Part shown: in pieces, positions 53,507-64,000 of the stretch | How positions within the stretch are numbered: position 1 is the first letter of the stretch | Layout: each line of letters opens with the position of its first letter | Position numbers and translations under genes: made by a program | Notes under the pieces: model-generated | Seen by the model: the letters and a program-made list of their open reading frames with translations, nothing else | Database searches by the model: none | What the model was told of the DNA's origin: nothing | Source: Pecten maximus | Taxonomy: Eukaryota | Direction: 5' to 3' | DNA: 64,000 nt | NCBI RefSeq assembly: GCF_902652985.1 | Contig: NC_047015.1 | Coordinates: 44,640,001 to 44,704,000, forward strand

Positions 53507-53749
53507 GATTACCTGAAAAATTAAAGTATCTATATACTCGCATAATCCGTAAGGTATTGTAAAATTCGTCCCTTAATGCCGATGGATATTTGTTTTTTTT
53601 CTCTCTCAAGCTTATAATGAAGATTCCGTTAAGAAACAACATTGATAAAGTGTCTTCCCTTGTCTATATAAAACTTGTGTGTTTAAGTTGAGACAACAAC
53701 GAAGAAGCCACTAAAAAGTACGCAATATATGGTAATTGTGTAATAGTCT

Positions 53750-53761
53750 ACTTTCAGTTTC
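53750..53761 (-). promoter_or_regulatory. ISRE/IRF-E consensus GAAACTGAAAGT in the 5' intron of cGLR-B
   Basis: Exact GAAANNGAAA match 240 nt upstream of the coding exon; motif match only. Confidence 0.4.
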
Positions 53762-55311
53762 ATTTGTTATCTGGATGAAATGATCCTGAGAGAAGACATA
53801 GGAATTAGAAGAATATCATTAAGACATTATATCACGCCCCTCATTCGAAAACATCAACTCCACCATTCTGCATGCACGTCCTTTGCACACAACACATCCG
53901 ACGTCATTCTGAGTACAAAACAAGACCGCCCCTTCACAGTTAGGGTTTTTCGTTCTACACACACCTCATGACAACCACTCAATCGCACATCACGTCCGCT
54001 GTGTTACAAGTCCGCCGCCATCCTCAACCTCAATCGCACAAAAAGCCAGCCCCTTTACATGTACAACTCAACGTCACTACACCAACCCTCCGCCCCACAC
54101 GAACACACGTCCGCCGCCCCTACACACACAAGCGTACTGCCCCCTACACAAACGCAAGTCGGCCTCATTTTACACACACGACTACACTACAGATCATTTA
54201 TTCTAGCTAGACTATCAACGAAATGCATGTCATTGTTAATTGGAGATATATCCTAATATTCAGGTAACTTTTCATTATTTGTTTAATTTTGAAAATGTCA
54301 GTGTAACATTATGATCAACGACGTATTGATAAAAATATTCGTGTATTTGGTCACGATGGACGTGTGTATAGTTCAGCGGAATGATTGTCGATATATACAA
54401 CACATGGTAACGCAATATGGTCAATCAAAGTTCAAGGGAAATGAGTAGACAGTTACTTACCAATAAGTCGAGCTTACTACGGGACTGTCTACATCTGAAC
54501 ACCAAAATGGCACCGTCTGATCCTTGCCGTTACTAATTACCGATCGAGTGGGATTTCCAATAGGTCTATAAATAGCGGTGACGAAGTTTTGGATTCGAAA
54601 CTTGATGGAATAACCCAGTTCAAAGTATCGATTTGACTTTTCGTTAATAGTTCAAGTCAAACATGGCCTTTTGATATATATGTTTCACGTAGGAAAGTTT
54701 ATTAGATATTCCAAATATTTTAGACTACCACAGCTAATATTCTTGTGGTAGCACTGATCTACATGTTTACTAGACCAGAACATTATATACGTGTACATAC
54801 CATAGACAAACATTGATTTACATTCAGCAGAAATTAGTCACTGGAAACTTCCGCAAATGGTTATTAGCTTTCGTTTTACCCTACGACAGTGTAGGGATGA
54901 CTATAGAGCCGTCTTAGGGATTTTCTGTCGGGTAACTGTTGTATAAAGTACACGAATAGATTAAAGAGTTCAACATCTGGTCCAAAATGACAAATGGAGT
55001 TATTGTTTGCCCTCTATACGTCATTTGTTCGTTTTTACAGAGGGACCAATGTGAGAGAAATATTACCTTCAGATCGAGGAAGATTGATATCATAAAAGCT
55101 ATGATGTGTAAGAAATGTTGTTATCGGAAATTTTACTGTATGACAAGTCAGATTCAGAGTCGAAGATTGCCGGGATTCGGACCGCTCTACTAGAGTTCAT
55201 GTTCTGTCCCCAAAACAACGCCCTAGAGTACACGTTCTACCATCCCAAACATTAAATCATAAAGTACAAGTTATGTAACCTCCAATTTACGACCTATATC
55301 ATATCTTAGAA

Positions 55312-56720
55312 TGTAGGTAATGCTATCCCAATATTACATCCTAGATTACAGGTAATGTTTTCCCAATATTACATCCTAGATTAGAGGTAATGTTACCCCA
55401 ATATTACATCCTAGAGTACAGGTAATGCTACCCCAATATCACATCCCAGATTACAGGTAATGTTACCCCAATATCACATCCCATATTACAGGTAATGTTA
55501 TCCCAATATTACATCCTTGATTACAGGTAATGCTACCCCAATATCATATCCTAGATTACAGGTAATGTTTCCCCAATATTACATCCTAGAGTACAGGTAA
55601 TGTTACCCCAATATTACATCCTAGATTACAGGTAATGTTTCCCCAATAGTACATCCCAGATTACAGGTAATGTTACCCCAATATTACATCCTAGATTACA
55701 GGTAATGTTTCCCCAATATTACATCCTTGAATACAGGTAATGTTACCCCAACATCACATCCCAGATTACAGGTAATGTTACCCCAATATCACATCCTAGA
55801 TTACAGGTAATGTTTCCCCAATATTACATCCTTGAATACAGGTAATGTTACCCGAATATTACATCCTAGATTACAGGTAATGTTACCCCAATATTACATC
55901 CTAGATTACAGGTAATGTTACATCAATATTACATCCTAGATTACAGGTAAAGTTACCCCAATATCACATCATAGATTACAGGTAATGCTACCCGAATATC
56001 ACATCCCAGATTACAGGTAATGCTATCCCAATATTACATCCCAGATTACAGGTAATGTTACCCCAATATCACATCCTAGATTACAGGTAATGTTTCCCCA
56101 ATATTACATCCTTGAATACAGGTAATGTTACCTCAATATATACATCCTAGATTACAGGTAATGTTACCCCAATATTACATCCTAGATTACAGGTAATGTT
56201 ACCTCAATATTATATCCTAGATTACAGGTAATGTTACCCCAATATTACATCCTAGATTACAGGTAATGTTACTTCAATATTACATCCCAGATTACAGGTA
56301 ATGTTACCCCAATATTACATCCTAGATTACAGGTAATGTTACCCCAATATTACATCCATTATTACAGGTAATGTTACCCCAATATTACATCCAGGTTAAC
56401 AGGTAGTGATACTCTAATATTACATCCCAGATTACAGGTAAATGTACCCAAATATTACATCCGAGATTACAGGTAATGTTACCTCAATATTACATCCCAG
56501 ATTACAGGTAATGTTACTCCAATATCATATCCTAGATTACAGGTAATGTTACCCTTATATCACATCCTAGATTACAGGTAATGTTACCCTAATAGTACAT
56601 TCTAGATTACAGGTAATGTTACCTCAATATTACATCCTAGATTACAGGTAATGTTACCCTAATAGTACATTCTAGATAACAGACAATGTTACCCCCATAT
56701 TACATTCGAGATTGCAGGTT
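55312..56720. repeat. 35-bp minisatellite (GATTACAGGTAATGTTACCCCAATATTACATCCTA)
   Basis: Period 35. Confidence 0.96.
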
Positions 56721-57372
56721 TTGTTCCCGAAAATGAAATCATATAGTATATCATGATTTATTGCCAAACACGACATCCTATAGTGCAAAATTTGTTCCTT
56801 TAAATACTACACGAGGGTCATTTTATTTATCAATGGAGCTCCATGCTCAAGAGTGCATATTCTGTTCCACACAATCGGTTGTAATGTTTGTACTAGGATA
56901 GCTGACATACTAGAACAAAGTCCAATGTGCTATTGTCTCTGGTACACCTGTGTATCAGTACACGAACCTGACATAAACAAAACTGACGAAATAATAACAC
57001 AAGCTGGCTATTTGATATCAAATTATAAGTAACGATACACAAATTGTTACTCCTGTCATTCATGGCTTGGTTACCGAGACCATAATTATTGCGAAGGTGT
57101 TGTAAGAAAACAAAAGTAAAACTTGTGGTCATAATAACATGCATAACACCACATGAATAAATGAACAATTCGACGAATTTAACATAAGCGTGCTTATCAA
57201 ATGGGGCTCAGGCAAAGTCTACACAGGTCGTTGTAGATTCGCGATGACAAACTGAAAATGCTGCGAAATGTGTAATACATAGTAGTTTTTGACTACAAGT
57301 GAATTCATTAAACATTTTTTACAATTTCTTAATATAATTTATTATAGACAATATAACATTATTTCCTTGACG

Positions 57373-59229
57373 CTATATAATTTCTTTGAGTAGACCAGAT
57401 AGTTCGAACACGGTAAATAACGCAAACATCGTGTCCTGTGTTTTAGATTCAGGTGAAGTGAGATAAGTGTCAAACGTCTTCATGATCCTGTCTACAGGCA
57501 CCATCAGTGGTCTCCCCTTCTCCACCAAATCTTTAGTCAAATCAGTACAGATCGCCGAAGCCACCTTCACCACAGCCTTTTGGAACAACGGCGTATTGTC
57601 GGATGACTGGGGTGGTTCTCTAACAAATTGTTCCAAAGAAGAAACGATGTTGTCAACGACAAATTCATCAATGTCAATGCGTAGAGATTTTTGCAGTTTT
57701 TCAACGTAAGATCGAGGCACTTCAACAGTCCTTACACTACTGTTAATATCTTCATGCCTGAAAAACTCCCGTAATGCATCTACGGGATCGTCCAGAATTT
57801 CTGTGAGCTTATCTTCAATCGCACTGGTAGTTAATGCATCCAAATGACCAATGATATTGCTGGTATTGAAGTAATGTTGTAGACTAGATTTACGAAGACT
57901 TTTAAGCATGTAATTCATTACATCCTTCACCAAACTGAGCACATTCTCAACCCTATCTTTTGCTATCTGCGAGTGGTCAGCGACCTCTGACACCCAGTAT
58001 AATGCTGTTTTCCAATGGAAGGTAGTGAGGTGATCACAATACTCATCTAAATGACTGCTCTGGTACGCTTTGATCATGAGAAGGCATTTTCTTTGAACAG
58101 GATACATGCAAGCAGATAGTTGTATCTCTGCTGAGATGTAGGACAGACAAAAGTCAATATTTTTCTCTGACGCGCTATTTGCCAATGGATTACAAATCAC
58201 GTAAAACTCACTGTTGCATATACTGTTCACTACGTCGCCCCCTGGCCACGCCTTGTCACACACGCGTGATTTCCACGTATCCAGATGTTTGGGTGGACCG
58301 TCCAATGGAAATGTAGCAATGAACTTTTTTTGCGATTTCCATCGGTAGCTTGCATAAAATGCCTCATCACTATCAGTACTTTCTGGCGACCCTAATTCTT
58401 CCTCCGAGTCTGTCGTGTCTGGTTTGGCTGTTCTGGTTGGCATTGTAGCTTGGCTGTTTATCTCGTCTATAACTGCATTAACCAAGGGGCCCAAATACTG
58501 AAAATATTGCGTACTAGTTCCGTGATTGTCACTCAGAGTTTTCGTCAAAATTGTCAGCTTCCTCAAAACTTCAATAACTTTGTCGTTGATGAACATCAAA
58601 AATGGCGAATTTCTTATCCTCTGTCGGAAAAGCCTGTACACTTTATCAGCGTCAGTATCCGTTGACTTCGGTCTTATTGGAATCTCGTCACAAACCCAGT
58701 CTGTGTAGTTTGTAAGAGTAACGCCTGGCTTGTTTGGCGTAGAAATGTCGATATGAGGAGCGTGCTGACCTTGGAAAGCGCTAACCAGCAAAACAAAGGA
58801 AAACAGTCCACGTAGTCCTGTGAATGCTTCACTTCTGACTGTTTCGAGGAGGTTACTAGGGAGATATTTTCCGTCAACTAGCTCAACTGGAAGTTCATCG
58901 TGTAATTCCCTGCCGTCGATGTGAACAACACATGGGTCTATGTCATTGTAGTGCAGATACTTTGAACTTATTTGTATTTCGGAAATCATCAAATAATCAA
59001 AGTCTCCCTGATCCTGGTTTGACCGTAGTCTCGTCCGCTCGGTGGCACTGCCTACTACCATGCATCGCTCGTCCCCGTACAATGATAGAAGACTGTTGAT
59101 ATAACGGCAGTAACGATCTTGTTGGAGGTCTGAGGGAACAGGTGTAGCTTTTTTCAACAATTCTTTTGTCAACTGCTCAAAGGTCTGTGCACTGTAAATG
59201 TCGCGTTCATCATCGTCGATGTCGCTCAT
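57373..59229 (-). CDS. cGAS-like receptor / Mab-21 protein, paralog C (618 aa), third catalytic Asp replaced by Lys
   Basis: VVGSATER...GDFDYL, KKFIATF at the KDFIPA position, WP, LSYISAE, TFHWKTALYW, LQHYF..SNI; acceptor tttcag at 59242. Confidence 0.88.
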   Translation of the reverse strand: MSDIDDDERDIYSAQTFEQLTKELLKKATPVPSDLQQDRYCRYINSLLSLYGDERCMVVGSATERTRLRSNQDQGDFDYLMISEIQISSKYLHYNDIDPCVVHIDGRELHDELPVELVDGKYLPSNLLETVRSEAFTGLRGLFSFVLLVSAFQGQHAPHIDISTPNKPGVTLTNYTDWVCDEIPIRPKSTDTDADKVYRLFRQRIRNSPFLMFINDKVIEVLRKLTILTKTLSDNHGTSTQYFQYLGPLVNAVIDEINSQATMPTRTAKPDTTDSEEELGSPESTDSDEAFYASYRWKSQKKFIATFPLDGPPKHLDTWKSRVCDKAWPGGDVVNSICNSEFYVICNPLANSASEKNIDFCLSYISAEIQLSACMYPVQRKCLLMIKAYQSSHLDEYCDHLTTFHWKTALYWVSEVADHSQIAKDRVENVLSLVKDVMNYMLKSLRKSSLQHYFNTSNIIGHLDALTTSAIEDKLTEILDDPVDALREFFRHEDINSSVRTVEVPRSYVEKLQKSLRIDIDEFVVDNIVSSLEQFVREPPQSSDNTPLFQKAVVKVASAICTDLTKDLVEKGRPLMVPVDRIMKTFDTYLTSPESKTQDTMFALFTVFELSGLLKEII

Positions 59230-60124
59230 GGTTTAGGTCTTCTGAAACGGGAGATAAACCAAAGCGTCTATAAAAACCCAGCAGGCATTAGCAAGCAAAT
59301 TATCTGACATGCAGTAGATGTTTAGACTCAAAGTTAAAAATAGCTCGGCTCCACATGTTAGAAGCAGCAGATATACCATAAGATATAACACATAACGATG
59401 TTTAATGTTTACACAATCTTTTCGTATTTTCTTATATTCGGTCGGCATATCGAATCAATGTGGTATACAACAATTCAAACTTACCTATTATCTCCGAGGA
59501 TTTGGCAGCATTATTAGGCGTAGCCTGTTCTCCTAAACTCCTGTCAAACTGCACTATCGACCTTCTGTCGGTACCCGAAACATCGCGAGCTGTACACTAC
59601 GACTGTTTTGTAAGCATTTGTTTTAAACCTGTTTTTGTGTAGTTTAACAGAGGCATCAGACCAATACAGTTGTGTGAATGGGCTTAGCACTGGGCTTTGT
59701 AAGACACGGCGGTATATGTGTAACTTAAACATGTACGTATACATGTTCCTTTAGATATAATCGTCTGGTAAGTCATGGTGTATTTACCCTGGAGGTCATT
59801 GTGTATAGACTCTTGACCAAACGCAGTAATTAATTCTTCAATACAATAGTTGTTTATAGCAGGATGTATCTGTGGAATTCCTATTGTCATGTTATATTGT
59901 CAGACACAATGATAAAATGGACTCGAAACAAAATGAAGTCAAAACATTAAGCAGACTGCCGTAATTCCAAATATTTCTATCACACTTTGGACATTAGCTT
60001 AACATGTATCACCACTAATTAAACAGTGTTATGTGATTTGTTTTCGGTATGACGCCAAAACAAGTTACTGGATTGATACATCTACATAGAATGACAGGCC
60101 GTTACATATCACATCTGTCTGTTA

Positions 60125-60180
60125 TTTCGTTTTGTTTTCAGGGGTTAAACGTCCTCGCAACAGCCAGGGTCACATGAGGA
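60125..60180 (-). mobile_element. SINE 3' tail
   Basis: Minus strand GACCCTGGCTGTTGCGAGGACGTTTAAC...AAAACAAA resembles the tails at 22255 and 45578. Confidence 0.45.
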
Positions 60181-63100
60181 GGAGTGTCAAGGAAACAAAT
60201 CACAGCAAGACAGGGCAGTAAGGAAGGGAAGGAACGATTGAGTGTTGCAATGGGGGTAGAAGACCTATGTTGGTCTCTTCAGTGTCCCCTAAATAGGTAA
60301 TACAGAGGAAACTCCTTGATTCTCCATGGACCCACTTCTTTCGCCTTCTACGATTTACATACAGTGGGACACATCGGGCCTTATTCTAGGGCTTTTCAGC
60401 TCCCCTGAACAGAAGACATTGGAGAAACCATCCCCGACCCAGAAGAAGGGGTTGGGTTGGGTTGGGTTGGGGGGGCTTATTTAGTCGCCTCTTAAGAACA
60501 GTGAGATACAGCAGGCATATACTTTCCCCGCTCCCTGCATAGGTTACCACAACTGTAAATCAGCGTATATTAAAAAATGACCTCGAGTTGTTCCCTAGAG
60601 AGTGTTTTAACTTGGTTCTTTACATAAATAGTTGTATCGTTAAATTATTATCTTGTCTATATCTTTTTTATTATCTGTACACATCCTCGACATGACTGCA
60701 TTGTATTTATACTTACTACTGCCAAAAATCGTTATCCCAAACTCTGATAAGTCCAGAGACATTGTTTAACTCGAAGTACCTCAAAACCTCGGGGTATCTC
60801 GATTTTGTCTTGACCCCACTGACTTCGACTGTATCAAAACTGTGCTTGTCATTACTGTATTCTGTGCATGTGTCAATTAAACTGACTTTCGCCTGCTTTG
60901 ATATCAGATGATAAAGGTAAACAACATCATTAAAAATAGTGATAGCAATTAAATATGATGCATGTATGTAATTAAATCGAGACACAGCATATTAGCATAG
61001 TGCAGATTTACAGACAATACCGGAAATTATATTAGTCAGCAACTGAATAAAGACAAGTGTGTTTCTGGAAACGGCTTGGAGTATCAGATCATTTGATACA
61101 AAATTCAAAATTTGGGACCTGTAAATGTCAACATTCCTATATTTTAATAAATTAAACATATCCAACACTATTGTTTGAACTTTTATATTTGACATATTTT
61201 GACGATATAATTTAAATAAATGCATTGACAATGTGCACGTGTTCGACTATTAAAGTGAAAATAATATTGCAAAATGCATTCCCTTGTCAAATTACAATGT
61301 TATTACATTATATACTTGTAGAATATACAGTAGATATATTAGTTGTATTAATTAAGATATTTTCGACCAACAGTTTATAATTACACTTGATGATGAATCA
61401 GAACACATGCTCAGTCAGCTAGATAGTAACACTCAAGATCACCCGTGTTGATAATAAGAGGTACACAACGTACCTAAATTACACTCTGGTGACATTAAAA
61501 ATTGTAACTAGGATTAGATGAATGAATTAAGAATTTTGGGACAGCTAGTACTTCTATATTCAGTATTCCATTGAATGTAATCGAATACTATTTCAGACAC
61601 CATTTTACGTATAGACCTTTCCTCCAAATAGTTTTTTTGAATTCGTCAACTTTTAAAACTTTAATCATTCTTTCAATCTGTTGATGGTATATTCGAACTA
61701 ATTATTGTCGTCCACGCAATCAATATACCAATATAATATTTGCATATTCCACATGCATAAAACTGTATTTAGGTTTCCATAAACAGACATGTTCAAACCA
61801 TTCTATTGATAAGGATCATAGGGGGTCCTTGAAACTATATATGAATGTTGAAACATAGACTTGTATTTAACATCAGAACAGAGAATGAAATAGCAGGTTA
61901 AGCCAGACACCAATGTGAACCGGTATTCAAGGTATAGAACATTTTAGATATTAACAGAAATTTTTTATAAGAAAGGAAGACAATTTTACACGTTTCGTTA
62001 AGTTATTACATAACTCTTACCTTGAAATACGAGTTCGTTAGACCTCTATCAAGTGTGATAATAGTATCACCAGTTGTATACTACATCAACCCATCGGACC
62101 AGCGGTAGAATCAAACACAAAGCTTTCAGTTTAAAACAATATGCATATCCTCACACTGCAGGATATATCATAATACTCTACACTTCCCTGACCTGTTAAA
62201 TACAGGCATGTCAATTACACATGTTTATGACCACAGACTTGTCACAAGTGTAGCAATGTCGGTACGAGAATGAAAAGGATAGTTCTCATAGAATCACGAC
62301 AGGCCACGGACTATTATTAGAATGGCAACAAGTTTATTTAAAGAAAAAGAAAGATAGAAATTTAAATAATATTTGAATTTAATTTACGATATCTATCTAC
62401 GATCTAAGTGATCTATTATTTATTTACCTCATAATCAAAATGCATTTCTTTTTACCACATGTTAACCTTCATGTCGTTCATTACAATGCATTTAATTGAA
62501 TAAAGATAACATGAACAACAATGGGTTTGTACATGAATATGTTGAATTAATTAGTAGGTTTTACGACCTATGCATATTTCATATCAAAATCTACCAATAC
62601 AGTTGACATCGTCAACTACACATCACCTAACACTGAAGTTGATTGGACAAGGAGCGAGACGATATCAATGCCATTGTGACGCTTCTACACCGGAATCTGA
62701 TATGATGAAACTATAACGTAACACGTCAATCATGTTTAAAAGAAGTAATAAAGAAATCTTGATTATTTCTCATGAATGTTTATATTTCTATGAATTTTGA
62801 TTATCAAAGTATCAACGCAAGTCGCCCCATGGGGCTTCTAAGTAAATATATATTAGTATGTACGTGTAATTGAAATCCATACTGTCTTAAACACTGAAAA
62901 TAGATAACTTATCTAATGCAGTGATGCATATCGAGCCGTTTATCACAAAATATGTATTTGATTATATGAATTCTTATGAAAAAAGAGCTGCAATACAATG
63001 TATTACAATTAAGAAAACAAATAAATTTGATAATTATTTTCATAAAAACTCAAGCCACATTTAACGACCGTATCTTTAAAAACTAAAGCATTGTACATAT

Positions 63101-63461
63101 AGTTATAAACAATACTACAAAAGAGAAAACAATTGGACGAGAGTTGGGCGAGATCGCAGTTTTTGTCTCAACTCCCAATTGCAACCTGTACCATAAGAGT
63201 CTTTGCCAATCTGTAACCCTCCCAAGACCCGCCTTAGTATCTCCGCAATAAAGATGAGTATTTTCCGGATGTCTACGGGCAATTGCAGATCTAAATCCGC
63301 TGGCCTTTAGTTCATCAATATATCTCCGGCCTATGCCTTAAAATTAGTGATTATCTAGCAGGTTGTGTTTTAGTGTGTATTTAAAAGTTCTTTAAAACAA
63401 CTTAAACGTTAACAGTATAATTTCCCGGCACTATTTATGATAAACTCTTAAGAAAGAATTT

Positions 63462-63645
63462 GGGTGGACGAGTGGACTATTTGGTAAGGCACTGGCGTTA
63501 AACCTGGGCGATATGGGTTCGAGCTACTCCGGTTTCCTCCTCCAGTAAGACCCATCACGCGCTTCCATCCAGGCGAACAAAAATGATTGATATACCTGAA
63601 GTTGATATCACTTAATTTGCAATTATTTAAAACAAATACATTTTA
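63462..63645 (+). mobile_element. Degenerate tRNA-derived SINE (V-domain-like)
   Basis: B-box-like GGGTTCGAG followed by TACTCCGGTTTCCTCC; a related reverse fragment lies near 31910-31990. Confidence 0.45.
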
Positions 63646-64000
63646 AAGAAAGAGGTTACCTTTGTAAAGTGTAGATAAATCCAATCGCTGACCATATCAC
63701 TCGGAAATCTCAGACACATACAAAAAGGACGATGGGTGGAACCTTTCTCATTACATACTGACGATGAAAACAGAATAAAGGAAGAAGAAACAGGTATGTA
63801 TACACTGCAACATACAATGTGTGAGGTCGTAACTAAGTGTGTGTATTGTTTTAGGGAAATACCACGGAACCAGGTTTCTCTGCCTTCGTGTCTATAACCA
63901 TTGGGTTCAGTGGTGAGCTAAGCGGTGAAAGTGTCAATGGGGAGCAGAATGTTGTTGAATCCTATACGGCCAGTGACATGTTTACGGTATAGAAGTGTCA

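Noticed and set aside
53810-54210. C/A-rich segment with ORFs in the cGLR-B intron
   Set aside because: Looks like a repeat insertion, but no convincing TIR/TSD or coding signal
461-56720. Tandem arrays as possible CRISPR arrays
   Set aside because: No unique spacers, no cas genes, eukaryotic context
42229-58877. Short ORFs overlapping the cGLR genes antisense or out of frame
   Set aside because: Shadows of the real coding sequences
63085-63340. ~85-codon ATG-less open frame on the minus strand
   Set aside because: No recognisable motif; cannot be told apart from a repeat remnant

Overview
AT-rich, intron-containing animal genomic DNA; gene and repeat content suggests a bivalve mollusc (inference). 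Host genes, all on the minus strand: a 3-coding-exon TMEM26-family gene with a mucin-like loop (22.7-27.1 kb) and a tandem array of three cGAS-like receptor / Mab-21 nucleotidyltransferase paralogs (42-59 kb), each with one coding exon. The array shows a recent gene-conversion tract between two copies, loss of the third catalytic Asp in the third copy, and nearby ISRE/kB-like motifs. Mobile DNA includes a 5'-truncated env-bearing LTR element with an unusual two-TM F-type envelope ORF, PPT, 190-bp LTR and a second partial LTR. It also includes a tiny Polinton/Maverick-type foldback element, an IS3EU-type element, hAT and Tc1/pogo MITEs, a dead mariner, SINE fragments and a 5S rRNA-derived fragment. 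About a dozen minisatellites are present, several sharing an (T)ACAGGTA core. Most short ORFs in the track are repeat-derived or antisense noise.
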